Part shown: in pieces, positions 36,301-49,100 of the stretch
Position numbering within the stretch: position 1 is the first letter of the stretch
Layout of the letters: every line of letters starts with the position of its first letter
Assembly: GCA_977862235.1 (NCBI GenBank)
Contig: OZ374557.1
Span: forward strand, 3,286,001-3,350,000
DNA: 64,000 nucleotides
Origin: Dudresnaya verticillata
Lineage: Eukaryota
Direction of reading: 5' to 3'
The notes under the pieces: model-generated
Told to the model about the DNA's origin: nothing
The model's database searches: none
The model's input: only the letters and a program-made list of their open reading frames with translations
Program-made: the position numbers and the translations under genes

Positions 36301-37683
36301 TTCAAAGCGCGGGTCGTCGCTGGTGGAAACTTCCAGACGTATGGTGAAGACTACATGGAAACATACGCCCCAGTTGTGTCGTTCTCGCTGGTGCGCATGT
36401 TCCTATACTTGGTACTGTGTTTGAACCTGTTTGTTGCACAGCTAGACGTGAAGACGGCTTTCCTGAATGGTGATCTGGCAGAACACGTGTGGGTAATGTC
36501 ACCGCGTGGGATTCCTGGAAGGGAATCTCTCTGTTACAAACTTCTGAAAGCTATGTATGGGCTAAAACAGGCTCACCTAGCTTGGCACACCAAGCTGTGT
36601 GGTGACCTTGCTAGGATGATGTTTGAGGAATTGCCAAGTGCACCTTGCGTGTTTCGTCGCAAATCCAAGTCTTCCGGATACGCATACATCTTGGTGTACG
36701 TTGATGACTTGCTCATCCTCGCACCCACAAAGGCGGAGAGAGACGCCATTGTTAAGGAACTGCAGGGCCTCTACGATCTAAGGCTGTCTGAAGGGGTTGA
36801 CCTCTTCCTCGGAGTCGAGCTTGGATGGAAGCTAGACTCTGATGGCAGATTTGTGTCCCTCAAGATGACTCAACAGGTCTACACGGAAAGTGTTCTTCGT
36901 CGATTTGGACTTCAGAACTCTAAGCCGGCTTGTACGCCGATGGTTGAGTCTTTCTTCACTGGACTTGCCGCCGAAGAGGACAAGGCCGTCGTGTCGGTTG
37001 AGACGTACCAGCAGATGATCGGGTCACTTCTGTACTTGGGGCTTCGCACAAGGCTGGACATTTTGGCCTCTGTGCTTATCCTCGCACGGTTCCAGAAGGC
37101 TCCAACTGCGTACTGTCACCGTGGTGTAAAGAGGGTTCTGCGATATCTTCGAGGCACTCACAAGCATGGAGTTACGTACCAGTCCGGAAGCACTCGTATC
37201 CAAGCTTATGTGGACGCTGACTATGCCGGTGACACCACAGACCGAAAATCTATGTCTGGTTACATGGTGAAACTGGGAGATGCAGTGTGTATTTGGGGAT
37301 CCAAGAAGCAGTCAACTGTTGCTCTCTCAACTTGCGAGTCGGAGTACTATGCAATGACTCTGGCTGCGAAAGAGACGGTTTGGGTCACGCGAGTGCTGAA
37401 GGAGGCCGACTTGAACGTCGAAGGCCCGGTTCCATTGAGATCAGACAACCAGTCTGCCATCAATTGGGCTACTGGAGAACGCTGTCCGTCTGGTCGTGCC
37501 AAGCACATCGACGTTCGTGTACACTTCATTCGCGAACTTGTCGCCGACTCTGTTCTGGAAGTGGTGTATGTGCCGTCAGAAGACAACGACGCGGACTTGC
37601 TGACAAAGCCACTCGGGCCCACTTTGCTCAATAGGATTCTACCAAGGGTTGGACTTGGAGGAGCCATCGAGGAGGAGTGTTGA
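33361..37683 (+). CDS. Ty1/copia Gag-Pol polyprotein, 1440 aa (copy F)
   Basis: Uninterrupted ORF with all Gag, PR, IN, RT and RNase H motifs. Confidence 0.97.
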   Translation: MTDTEAEMDTSSGVKIPRFHGRRGDDYSLWRHRLRAACRIKGVWNVVHTSNDTPSSSQSTGEASADTSILHARTLAKREKACGIIISALGDAPLRVVMEVDDDPKRMLELLDSRYASSRTVSRIAVQTKLFRMTYTGQNMSNYVDQYTSLFAQLDRMGNDSAIPETHKAPMLLASIDPSCHLESTAAALRTKDAAELTWDYVATTLIDEYNAKDSHGSNAGGRSSKSKSRRKKKKKSASSGSRQQHNTLDDNDDSDDSSDIESTVRALAVALKSAKQAHSTPNRHLHCDVCDKDGHTADRCYLNPENPNNKLPPKVRQMFTNQGKKGNANSAVAASGKNNGKSAKVEIAGASVEMTTVVPPNDQGTYADSGATVHCFHSMTSFVPSSVSRCEKRTVVLADKSSVTSDLCGDVILPFEHANIRLKKALFIPQMGYNLVSTGRLADKGIESHFRRLDVRLVLDSDGYYIGSGVRDASSGMYMLPEPEPHTSEEQVLAVPSTQQTTELWHRRLAHINFRDLAKVHEHVEGVPELGSTHEVCRACRLGKAHKQSFPGHFRLAKAVGDLVHSDIVGPIQISFPDRFRYATTFLDDKSRFLVVACMRSRRMLSAAFDQASAKFIELGGAEITKLHSDGAQEYLALQKDLGGVGDSGKSFSPPYTPELNGIAERVNRTMVEAALTLLIQADLPGCLWPFALKHVNYVRNRVPHSTVGATPYSVMTGDVPDLKHLRVFGCAAYVLRLPRGSKFESRALEGVHLETLEHGIYRILVTGGDGIPRVVESRHVTFDESKFPGAPSLLEYGQDEADSDEDYESNSEASIFNSDSDDDVSLGNFEDEEDAIEVDTPSSPPLPPSEPSSFESDDTAEEENVSDYPPAGVSSDPERQQQSRYPRRQRRQTSKWFMASSAQAEQQVALTTGDEPTLREAMSATPEERGLWQSAIDDEFASLESKGTWVRDDSPDAQPLPTHAVLKVKRKSDGTVERFKARVVAGGNFQTYGEDYMETYAPVVSFSLVRMFLYLVLCLNLFVAQLDVKTAFLNGDLAEHVWVMSPRGIPGRESLCYKLLKAMYGLKQAHLAWHTKLCGDLARMMFEELPSAPCVFRRKSKSSGYAYILVYVDDLLILAPTKAERDAIVKELQGLYDLRLSEGVDLFLGVELGWKLDSDGRFVSLKMTQQVYTESVLRRFGLQNSKPACTPMVESFFTGLAAEEDKAVVSVETYQQMIGSLLYLGLRTRLDILASVLILARFQKAPTAYCHRGVKRVLRYLRGTHKHGVTYQSGSTRIQAYVDADYAGDTTDRKSMSGYMVKLGDAVCIWGSKKQSTVALSTCESEYYAMTLAAKETVWVTRVLKEADLNVEGPVPLRSDNQSAINWATGERCPSGRAKHIDVRVHFIRELVADSVLEVVYVPSEDNDADLLTKPLGPTLLNRILPRVGLGGAIEEEC
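37669..37677 (+). promoter_or_regulatory. Polypurine tract (GAGGAGGAG) abutting the 3' LTR; present before every 3' LTR whose upstream junction is retained
   Basis: Purine run immediately before TGTTG; lies within the ORF and encodes EEE. Confidence 0.8.
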
Positions 37684-40600
37684 GGACATGGTCGCTGGCG
37701 CCTCACGTCACGGGTCAGGTACCCCAGATGGTACCCTGGCACGCTTTCACCAAACCTTCCGGAGACGACAGCCCTTTTTCCGGGCTTCCAAAATCACGGC
37801 GCATTTAGGCCTTTTGCAAAAGCAACGTGAAACAGGCTTCTGATTGGTTGTTACAAACCGCCTCCATGGTCTATATGGCTTACAAGTGTTGTGCTGGAAT
37901 TGGCGGTTATAACAGGAACGGCCAAGTGGAACGATCTGATTGGACCACATGGATGCACGTGGTATGGCATGGAATGGTGTTGGTATGACTCGCACTGTAC
38001 TCCACAAGTACACATGAACCTGCCATGCAATGTGCTGATGGCGTCCGAGTTGGTACTGCAGGGACTTGCGCTACGTGGAGCCTGACTTGTGATATCAGCA
38101 GATGCAGTTGTCGTGCGGCCGACACGTTGGTTTACAGTTGCCACGTAGCTGTCGTGCGCCCGACACGTTGGTTTACAGTTATCACGTAGCTGTCGTGCGG
38201 CCGACACGTTGGTTTACAGCTGCCACGTAGGCAAATCTGGGTGATTACGTGGTCAATGATCCAAGTTGGATATTCATGGACGGACTTGAGCTGGTAAGTG
38301 CGGCCACGTGGTGTGCAGTGTTGTCCGACAGCAGCCATGCGGGGACACTCGATACTTTCACGTTCCCGCCCAAAGTTGGAGTACATATGGATGGCAGGAA
38401 ATGCGGTCGCAAGAGGGATTGCTGATGTCAGCAGTTAGCAACACTGGTGTACAAGTTCCCGCCCATTCTGGTGGCGGATGTGAGTGTGCTGAGAGCATGA
38501 TTTGGTAGATTTAATTGCTTTACTTTTTCCCGCCCATTTGATGATAGGGATTTTGGGCGTTTCTTTAATGATTTGTTTTGTTTGTGTTCACGCAGCAACT
38601 CATCCGAAAAGCTGATATAAGCCATGTCGGATGATCGACTGCAGTAAACGAAGTCAAGCGACTTCCATTTCTCATCTTGTTCAACTTCAACCTCTCCATA
38701 TTCCTTTTCACCAATAGCTCCAGCATGCGTTTGGGGTCATCATCAACCTCCATAACGACACGAAGCGGAGCATCACCAAGTGCGGAGATAATGATCCCGC
38801 AAGCCTTCTCACGTTTGGCCAAGGTTCTGGCGTGAAGAATGGAAGTATCCGCTGAGGCCTCTCCAGTTGACTGTGAGCTGCTCGGTGTGTCGTTTGAGGT
38901 GTGGACAACATTCCAAACCCCTTTGATGCGGCATGCGGCACGAAGGCGATGACGCCAGAGACTGTAGTCGTCACCTCTCCTGCCGTGGAAACGGGGTATC
39001 TTGACCCCGCTCGAAGTATCCATCTCGGTTTCGGTATCAGTCATCGCTGTTGGGACTGATGGTGAGAAGAGGTAACTTGAATAGTTTTAGAAAACTTGGT
39101 GAACTTGGGGCAGTGCTGTTAGTGCAACAGTGTAGATGCCCAGAGGGTAATAGTCGTGTTAAGCAGAGCAGTGCAGCTCACACAACGAAGACGTGACGAC
39201 GAAACTGAGAAATGTGTCGAACACGTCGGTAATATAATACAGTCACAAGCGGAGCACACTTTGCCAAGTAGCTCCCACGCTTGGAGTAATGAAACTCTCA
39301 GGTGATGATGGGATAACCTGGACTGAAGAAGAAAAAGTTGAAACTTGAAGTTGAAAAGTTGATTCTTGATAGTTGAACGTCTTTTTGACGCGGGATGTTC
39401 TGGCACCAGGTTCTACCTAGTCACCCCTAGGAGTCGGACTCCTGGCCCCCGGATATGATTCTCCGGGTGAAATGCGTCTTTCAGCAGCCCTTTCGTGTCG
39501 TGCGCACACAGACACGAAGTATGCAATCCTTACGAGACGTCCACCTTATGGGTACTAACTCAAAACGAGTGTTCACCACACGAACAGGTCCAGTCTCTTG
39601 CAGGAATGGAACTAGGCCCAACCGTGTCAAGGTTCTGGATCTTACTGGAGGCTGCTCCCCTAGGCCAACGAGGTCCTGACTTAACGAGAGTCACCACGCA
39701 CAACACTCAACCTCTCAGCAAGCTCACGGACCAAGACAACAGCGGACGAGAGCCTCGAGAACTCTCTCACAAAATCAGAGACACAAGCCGACACAGTGGG
39801 ATAGGGACCACTTTCAACAGACAACAAGCAGACAGGACAGGACACAAGCCGACAGGACAGGACACAAGCAGACAGGACAGGCCAGGACGGGACCGGACAG
39901 TATCAAGAATGAAAAGAAAAAGGAAGAAGGTTGCAGCGAAGCGATGAAGTCTGCGTAGGTCGACCTTCTGGGCCCATAACCTGAAAAGGAATATGGAGAG
40001 GTTGGAGTTGAACAAGATGAGAAATGGAAGTCGCTTGACTTCGTTTACTGCAGTCGACCATCCGACATGGCTTATATCAGCTTTTCGGATGAGTTGCTGC
40101 GTGAACACAAACAAAACAAATCATTAAAGAAACGCCCAAAATCCCTATCATCAAATGGGCGGGAAAAAGTAAAGCAATTAAATCTACCAAATCATACTCT
40201 CAGCACACTCACATCCGCCACCAAAATGGGCGGGAACTTGCACACCAGTGTTGCTAACTGCTAACATCAGCAATCCCTCTTGCGACCGCATTTCCTGCCA
40301 TCCATATGTACTCCAACTTTGGGCGGGAACGTGAAAGTATCGAGTGTCCCCGCATGGCTGCTGTTGGACAACACTGCACACCACGTGGCCGCACTTACCA
40401 GCTCAAGTCCGTCCATGAATATCCAACTTGGATCATTGACCACGTAATCACCCAGATTTGCCTACGTGGCAGCTGTAAACCAACGTATCGGCCGCACGAC
40501 AGCTACGTGATAACTGTAAACCAACGTGTCGGCCGCACGACAGCTACGTGCCAACTGTAAACCAACGTGTCGGCCGCACGACAGCTACGTGCCAACTGTA

Positions 40601-43600
40601 AACCAACGTGTCGGCCGCACGACAACTGCATCTGCTGATATCACAAGCCAGGCTCCACGTAGCGCAAGTCCCTGCAGTACCAACTCGGACGCCATCAGCA
40701 CATTGCATGGCACGTTCATGTGTACTTGTGGAGTACAGTGCGAGTCATACCAACACCATTCCATGCCATACCACGTGCATCCATGTGGTCCAATCAGATC
40801 GTTCCACTTGGCCGTTCCTGTTATAACCGCCAATTCCAGCACAACACTTGTAAGCCATATAGACCATGGAGGCGGTTTGGAACAACCAATCAGAAGCCCG
40901 TTTCACGTTGCTTTTGCAAAAGGCCTAAATGCGCCGTGATTTTGGAAGCCCGGAAAAAGGGCTGTCGTCTCCGGAAGGTTTGGTGAAAGCGTGCCAGGGT
41001 ACCATCTGGGGTACCTGACCCGTGACGTGAGGCGCCAGCGACCATGTCCTCAACAAACAAGATGAGAAATGGAAGTCGCTTGACTTCGTTTACTGCAGTC
41101 GACCATCCGACATGGCTTATATCAGCTTTTCGGATGAGTTGCTGCGTGAACACAAACAAAACAAATCATTAAAGAAACGCCCAAAATCCCTATCATCAAA
41201 TGGGCGGGAAAAAGTAAAGCAATTAAATCTACCAAATCATACTCTCAGCACACTCACATCCGCCACCAAAATGGGCGGGAACTTGCACACCAGTGCTGCT
41301 AACTGCTGACATCAGCAATCCCTCTTGCGACCGCATTTCCTGCCATCCATATGTACTCCAACTTTGGGCGGGAACTCGAAAGTATCGAGTGTCCCCGCAT
41401 GACTGCTGTCGGACAACACTGCATACCACGTGGCCGCACTTACGAGCTGAAGTCCGTCCATGAATATCCAACTTGGATCATTGACCACGTAATCACCCAG
41501 ATTTGCCTACGTGGCAGCTGTAAACCAACGTGTCGGCCGCACGACACCTACGTGGCAACTGTAAACCAACGTGTCGGCCGCACGACAACTGCATCTGCTG
41601 ATATCACAAGCCAGGCTCCACGTAGCGCAAGTCCCTGCAGTACCAACTCAGACGCCATCAGCACATTGCATGGCACGTTCATATGTACTTGTGGAGTACA
41701 GTGCGCGTCATACCAGTACCATTCCATGCCATACCACGTGCATCCATGTGGTCCAATCAGATCGTTCCACTTGGCCGTTCCTGTTATAACCGCCAATTCC
41801 AGCACAACACTTGTAAGCCATATAGACCATGGAGGCGGTTTGTAACAACCAATCAGAAGCCCGTTTCACGTTGCTTTTGCAAAAGGCCTAAATGCGCCGT
41901 GATTTTGGAAGCCCGGAAAAAGGGCTGTCGTCTCCGGAAGGTTTGGTGACAGCGTGCCAGGGTGCCATCTGGGGTGCCTGACCCGTGACGTGAGGCGCCA
42001 GCGACCATGTCCTCAACACTCCTCCTCGATGGCTCCTCCAAGTCCAACCCTTGGTAGAATCCTATTGAGCAAAGTGGGCCCGAGTGGCTTTGTCAGCAAG
42101 TCCGCGTCGTTGTCTTCTGACGGCACATACACCACTTCCAGAACAGAGTCGGCGACAAGTTCGCGAATGAAGTGTACACGAACGTCGATGTGCTTGGCAC
42201 GACCAGACGGACAGCGTTCTCCAGTAGCCCAATTGATGGCAGACTGGTTGTCTGATCTCAATGGAACCGGGCCTTCGACGTTCAAGTCGGCCTCCTTCAG
42301 CACTCGCGTGACCCAAACCGTCTCTTTCGCAGCCAGAGTCATTGCATAGTACTCCGACTCGCAAGTTGAGAGAGCAACAGTTGACTGCTTCTTGGATCCC
42401 CAAATACACACTGCATCTCCCAGTTTCACCATGTAACCAGACATAGATTTTCGGTCTGTGGTGTCACCGGCATAGTCAGCGTCCACATAAGCTTGGATAC
42501 GAGTGCTTCCGGACTGGTACGTAACTCCATGCTTGTGAGTGCCTCGAAGATATCGCAGAACCCTCTTTGCACCACGGTGACAGTACGCAGTTGGAGCCTT
42601 CTGGAACCGTGCGAGGATAAGCACAGAGGCCAAAATGTCCAGCCTTGTGCGAAGCCCCAAGTACAGAAGTGAGCCGATCATCTGCTGGTACGTCTCAACC
42701 GACACGACGGCCTTGTCCTCTTCGGCGGCAAGTCCAGTGAAGAAAGACTCAACCATCGGCGTACAAGCCGGCTTAGAGTTCTGAAGTCCAAATCGACGAA
42801 GAACACTTTCCGTGTAGACCTGTTGAGTCATCTTGAGGGACACAAATCTGCCATCAGAGTCTAGCTTCCATCCAAGCTCGACTCCGAGGAAGAGGTCAAC
42901 CCCTTCAGACAGCCGTAGATCGTAGAGGCCCTGCAGTTCCTTAACAATGGCGTCTCTCTCCGCCTTTGTGGGCGCGAGGATGAGCAAGTCATCAACGTAC
43001 ACCAAGATGTATGCGTATCCAGAAGACTTGGATTTGCGACGAAACACGCAAGGTGCACTTGGCAATTCCTCAAACATCATCCTAGCAAGGTCACCACACA
43101 GCTTGGTGTGCCAAGCTAGGTGAGCCTGTTTTAGCCCATACATAGCTTTCAGAAGTTTGTAACAGAGAGATTCCCTTCCAGGAATCCCACGCGGTGACAT
43201 TACCCACTGTTGAGGACATGGTCGCTGGCGCCTCACGTCACGGGTCAGGCACCCCAGATGGCACCCTGGCACGCTGTCACCAAACCTTCCGGAGACGACA
43301 GCCCTTTTTCCGGGCTTCCAAAATCACGGCGCATTTAGGCCTTTTGCAAAAGCAACGTGAAACGGGCTTCTGATTGGTTGTTACAAACCGCCTCCATGGT
43401 CTATATGGCTTACAAGTGTTGTGCTGGAATTGGCGGTTATAACAGGAACGGCCAAGTGGAACGATCTGATTGGACCACATGGATGCACGTGGTATGGCAT
43501 GGAATGGTGTTGGTATGACTCGCACTGTACTCCACAAGTACACATGAACGTGCCATGCAATGTGCTGATGGCGTCCGAGTTGGTACTGCAGGGACTTGCG

Positions 43601-44506
43601 CTACGTGGAGCCTGACTTGTGATATCAGCAGATGCAGTTGTTGTGCGGCCGACACGTTGGTTTACAGTTGGCACGTAGCTGTTGTGCGGCCGACACGTTG
43701 GTTTACAGTTGGCACGTAGCTGTCGTGCGGCCGACACGTTGGTTTACAGTTATCACGTAGCTGTCGTGCGGCCGATACGTTGGTTTACAGCTGCCACGTA
43801 GGCAAATCTGGGTGATTACGTGGTCAATGATCCAAGTTGGATATTCATGGACGGACTTCAGCTCGTAAGTGCGGCCACGTGGTGTGCAGTGTTGTCCGAC
43901 AGCAGCCATGCGGGGACACTCGATACTTTCACGTTCCCGCCCAAAGTTGGAGTACATATGGATGGCAGGAAATGCGGTCGCAAGAGGGATTGCTGATGTC
44001 AGCAGTTAGCAACACTGGTGTGCAAGTTCCCGCCCATTTTGGTGGCGGATGTGAGTGTGCTGAGAGCATGATTTGGTAGATTTAATTGCTTTACTTTTTC
44101 CCGCCCATTTGATGATAGGGATTTTGGGCGTTTCTTTAATGATTTGTTTTGTTTGTGTTCACGCAGCAACTCATCCGAAAAGCTGATATAAGCCATGTCG
44201 GATGGTCGACTGCAGTAAACGAAGTCAAGCGACTTCCATTTCTCATCTTGTTCAACTCCAACCTCTCCATATTCCTTTTCAGGTTATGGGCCCAGAAGGT
44301 CGACCTACGCAGACTTCATCGCTTCGCTGCAACCTTCTTCCTTTTTCTTTTCATTCTTGATACTGTCCGGTCCCGTCCTGGCCTGTCCTGTCTGCTTGTG
44401 TCCTGTCCTGTCGGCTTGTGTCCTGTCCTGTCTGCTTGTTGTCTGTTGAAAGTGGTCCCTATCCCACTGTGTCGGCTTGTGTCTCTGATTTTGTGAGAGA
44501 GTTCTC

Positions 44507-45498
44507 TGTTGAGGACATGGTCGCTGGCGCCTCACGTCACGGGTCAGGTACCCCAGATGGTACCCTGGCACGCTTTCACCAAACCTTCCGGAGACGACAG
44601 CCCTTTTTCCGGGCTTCCAAAATCACGGCGCATTTAGGCCTTTTGCAAAAGCAACGTGAAACGGGCTTCTGATTGGTTGTTACAAACCGCCTCCATGGTC
44701 TATATGGCTTACAAGTGTTGTGCTGGAATTGGCGGTTATAACAGGAACGGCCAAGTGGAACGATCTGATTGGACCACATGGATGCACGTGGTATGGCATG
44801 GAATGGTACTGGTATGACGCGCACTGTACTCCACAAGTACATATGAACGTGCCATGCAATGTGCTGATGGCGTCTGAGTTGGTACTGCAGGGACTTGCGC
44901 TACGTGGAGCCTGGCTTGTGATATCAGCAGATGCAGTTGTCGTGCGGCCGACACGTTGGTTTACAGTTGCCACGTAGCTGTCGTGCGGCCGACACGTTGG
45001 TTTACAGCTGCCACGTAGGCAAATCTGGGTGATTACGTGGTCAATGATCCAAGTTGGATATTCATGGACGGACTTCAGCTCGTAAGTGCGGCCACTTGGT
45101 ATGCAGTGTTGTCCGACAGCAGTCATGCGGGGACACTCGATACTTTCGAGTTCCCGCCCAAAGTTGGAGTACATATGGATGGCAGGAAATGCGGTCGCAA
45201 GAGGGATTGCTGATGTCAGCAGTTAGCAACACTGGTGTGCAAGTTCCCGCCCATTTTGGTGGCGGATGTGAGTGTGCTGAGAGTATGATTTGGTAGATTT
45301 AATTGCTTTACTTTTTCCCGCCCATTTGATGATAGGGATTTTGGGCGTTTCTTTAATGATTTGTTTTGTTTGTGTTCACGCAGCAACTCATCCGAAAAGC
45401 TGATATAAGCCATGTCGGATGGTCGACTGCAGTAAACGAAGTCAAGCGACTTCCATTTCTCATCTTGTTCAACTCCAACCTCTCCATATTCCTTTTCA
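44507..45498 (+). mobile_element. Solo LTR K (992 bp) in the leader of J
   Basis: TSD TTCTC at 44502-44506 and 45499-45503; no PBS or PPT adjacent. Confidence 0.95.
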
Positions 45499-46162
45499 TT
45501 CTCGAGGCTCTCGTCCGCTGTTGTCTTGGTCCGTGAGCTTGCTGAGAGGTTGAGTGTTGTGCGTGGTGACTCTCGTTAAGTCAGGACCTCGTTGGCCTAG
45601 GGGAGCAGCCTCCAGTAAGATCCAGAACCTTGACACGGTTGGGCCTAGTTCCATTCCTGCAAGAGACTGGACCTGTTCGTGTGGTGAACACTCGTTTTGA
45701 GTTAGTACCCATAAGGTGGACGTCTCGTAAGGATTGCATACTTCGTGTCTGTGTGCGCACGACACGAAAGGGCTGCTGAAAGACGCATTTCACCCGGAGA
45801 ATCATATCCGGGGGCCAGGAGTCCGACTCCTAGGGGTGACTAGGTAGAACCTGGTGCCAGAACATCCCGCGTCAAAAAGACGTTCAACTATCAAGAATCA
45901 ACTTTTCAACTTCAAGTTTCAACTTTTCTTCTTCAGTCCAGGTGATCCCATCATCACCTGAGAGTTTCATTACTCCAAGCGTGGGAGCTACTTGGCAAAG
46001 TGTGCTCCCCTTGTGACTGTATTATATTACCGACGTGTTCGACACATTTCTCAGTTTCGTCGTCACGTCTTCGTTGTGTGAGCTGCACTGCTCTGCTTAA
46101 CACGACTATTACCCTCTGGGCATCGGCACTGTAGCACTAACAGCACTGCCCCAAGTTCACCA

Positions 46163-49100
46163 TGAAAAGGAATATGGAGAGGTTGGAGTTGAACAAGATG
46201 AGAAATGGAAGTCGCTTGACTTCGTTTACTGCAGTCGACCATCCGACAAGGCTTATATCAGCTTTTCGGATGAGTTGCTGCGTGAACACAAACAAAACAA
46301 ATCATTAAAGAAACGCCCAAAATCCCTATCATCAAATGGGCGGGAAAAAGTAAAACAATTAAATCTACCAAATCATACTCTCAGCACACTCACATCCGCC
46401 ACCAAAATGGGCGGGAACTTGCACACCAGTGTTGCTAACTGCTGACATCAGCAATCCCTCTTGCGACCGCATTTCCTGCCATCCATATGTACTCCAACTT
46501 TGGGCGGGAACTCGAAAGTATCGAGTGTCCCCGCATGGCTGCTGTCGGACAACGCTGCACACCACGTGGCCGCACTTACCAGCTCAAGTCCGTCCATGAA
46601 TATCCAACTTGGATCATTGACCACGTAATCACCCAGATTTGCCTACGTGGCAGCTGTAAACCAACGTGTCGGCCGCACGACAGCTACGTGGCAACTGTAA
46701 ACCGACGTGTCGGCCGCACGACAACTGCATCTGCTGATATCACAAGCCAGGCTCCACGTAGCGCAAGTCCCTGCAGTACCAACTCGGACGCCATCAGCAC
46801 ATTGCATGGCACGTTCATATGTACTTGTGGAGTACAGTGCGCGTCATACCAACACCATTCCATGCCATACCACGTGCATCCATGTGGTCCAATCAGATCG
46901 TTCCACTTGGCCGTTCCTGTTATAACCGCCAATTCCAGCACAACACTTGTAAGCCATATAGACCATGGAGGCGGTTTGTAACAACCAATCAGAAGCCCGT
47001 TTCACGTTGCTTTTGCAAAAGGCCTAAATGCGCCGTGATTTTGGAAGCCCGGAAAAAGGGCTGTCGTCTCCGGAAGGTTTGGTGAAAGCGTGCCAGGGTA
47101 CCATCTGGGGTACCTGACCCGTGACGTGAGGCGCCAGCGACCATGTCCTCAACACTCCTCCTCGATGGCTCCTCCAAGTCCAACCCTTGGTAGAATCCTA
47201 TTGAGCAAAGTGGGCCCGAGTGGCTTTGTCAGCAAGTCCGCGTCGTTGTCTTCTGACGGCACATACACCACTTCCAGAACAGAGTCGGCGACAAGTTCGC
47301 GAATGAAGTGTACACGAACGTCGATGTGCTTGGCACGACCAGACGGACAGCGTTCTCCAGTAGCCCAATTGATGGCAGACTGGTTGTCTGATCTCAATGG
47401 AACCGGGCCTTCGACGTTCAAGTCGGCCTCCTTCAGCACTCGCGTGACCCAAACCGTCTCTTTCGCAGCCAGAGTCATTGCATAGTACTCCGACTCGCAA
47501 GTTGAGAGAGCAACAGTTGACTGCTTCTTGGATCCCCAAATACACACTGCATCTCCCAGTTTCACCATGTAACCAGACATAGATTTTCGGTCTGTGGTGT
47601 CACCGGCATAGTCAGCGTCCACATAAGCTTGGATACGAGTGCTTCCGGACTGGTACGTAACTCCATGCTTGTGAGTGCCTCGGAGATATCGCAGAACCCT
47701 CTTTGCACCGCGGTGACAGTACGCAGTTGGAGCCTTCTGGAACCGTGCGAGGATAAGCACAGAGGCCAAAATGTCCAGCCTTGTGCGAAGCCCCAAGTAC
47801 AGAAGTGACCCGATCATCTGCTGGTACGTCTCAACCGACACGACGGCCTTGTCCTCTTCGGCGGCAAGTCCAGTGAAGAAAGACTCAACCATCGGCGTAC
47901 AAGCCGGCTTAGAGTTCTGAAGTCCAAATCGACGAAGAACACTTTCCGTGTAGACCTGTTGAGTCATCTTGAGGGACACAAATCTGCCATCAGAGTCTAG
48001 CTTCCATCCAAGCTCGACTCCGAGGAAGAGGTCAACCCCTTCAGACAGCCGTAGATCGTAGAGGCCCTGCAGCTCCTTAACAATGGCGTCTCTCTCCGCC
48101 TTTGTGGGCGCGAGGATGAGCAAGTCATCAACGTACACCAAGATGTATGCGTATCCAGAAGACTTGGATTTGCGACGAAACACGCAAGGTGCACTTGGCA
48201 ATTCCTCAAACATCATCCTAGCAAGGTCACCACACAGCTTGGTGTGCCAAGCTAGGTGAGCCTGTTTTAGCCCATACATAGCCTTCAGAAGTTTGTAACA
48301 GAGAGATTCCCTTCCAGGAATCCCACGCGGTGACATTACCCACACGTGTTCTGCCAGATCACCATTCAGGAAAGCCGTCTTCACGTCTAGCTGTGCAACA
48401 AACAGGTTCAAACACAGTACCAAGTATAGGAACATGCGCACCAGCGAGAACGACACAACTGGGGCGTATGTTTCCATGTAGTCTTCACCATACGTCTGGA
48501 AGTTTCCACCAGCGACGACCCGCGCTTTGAAGCGCTCGACCGTCCCGTCGGACTTGCGTTTAACTTTCAGCACGGCGTGCGTTGGAAGCGGCTGTGCACC
48601 GGGACTGTCATCACGGACCCAAGTGCCTTTGGATTCCAAGGATGCGAACTCATCATCAATGGCAGATTGCCACAACCCGCGCTCCTCCGGAGTGGCAGAC
48701 ATGGCCTCTCGAAGAGTGGGCTCATCTCCCGTTGTGAGGGCAACCTGTTGTTCAGCTTGTGCAGAGCTCGCCATAAACCATTTCGACGTCTGGCGACGTT
48801 GGCGACGAGGATATCGACTCTGTTGCTGGCGTTCTGGATCTGAACTCACACCAGCCGGAGGACTGTCAGAGACGTTTTCTTCCTCAGCCGTGTCATCAGA
48901 TTCGAATGAGCTGGGTTCTGATGGAGGTAGTGGAGGTGAAGAAGGTGTGTCAACTTCAATCGCATCCTCTTCATCCTCAAAGTTACCCAGCGACACATCG
49001 TCATCAGAGTCCGAGTTGCAAATAGAGGCCTCTGAGTTAGACTCGTAATCTTCATCCGAATCTGCCTCGTCCTGCCCATATTCCAACAGGCTTGGAGCAC

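Larger units (their letters stand above)
31228..38710 (+). mobile_element. Full-length copia copy F (LTRs 31228-32260 plus duplicated tail 32261-32424, and 37678-38710)
   Basis: TSD CCAAT at 31223-31227 and 38711-38715; PBS, PPT and intact ORF. Confidence 0.96.
26519..41055 (-). mobile_element. Copia copy G, interrupted by H, E and F (pieces 26519-26557, 29607-31227, 38711-41055; 5' LTR 39982-41055)
   Basis: Collinear across TSD CCAAT; gag ATG at 39044; right flank AACAA lies inside the 3' LTR of I. Confidence 0.88.
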
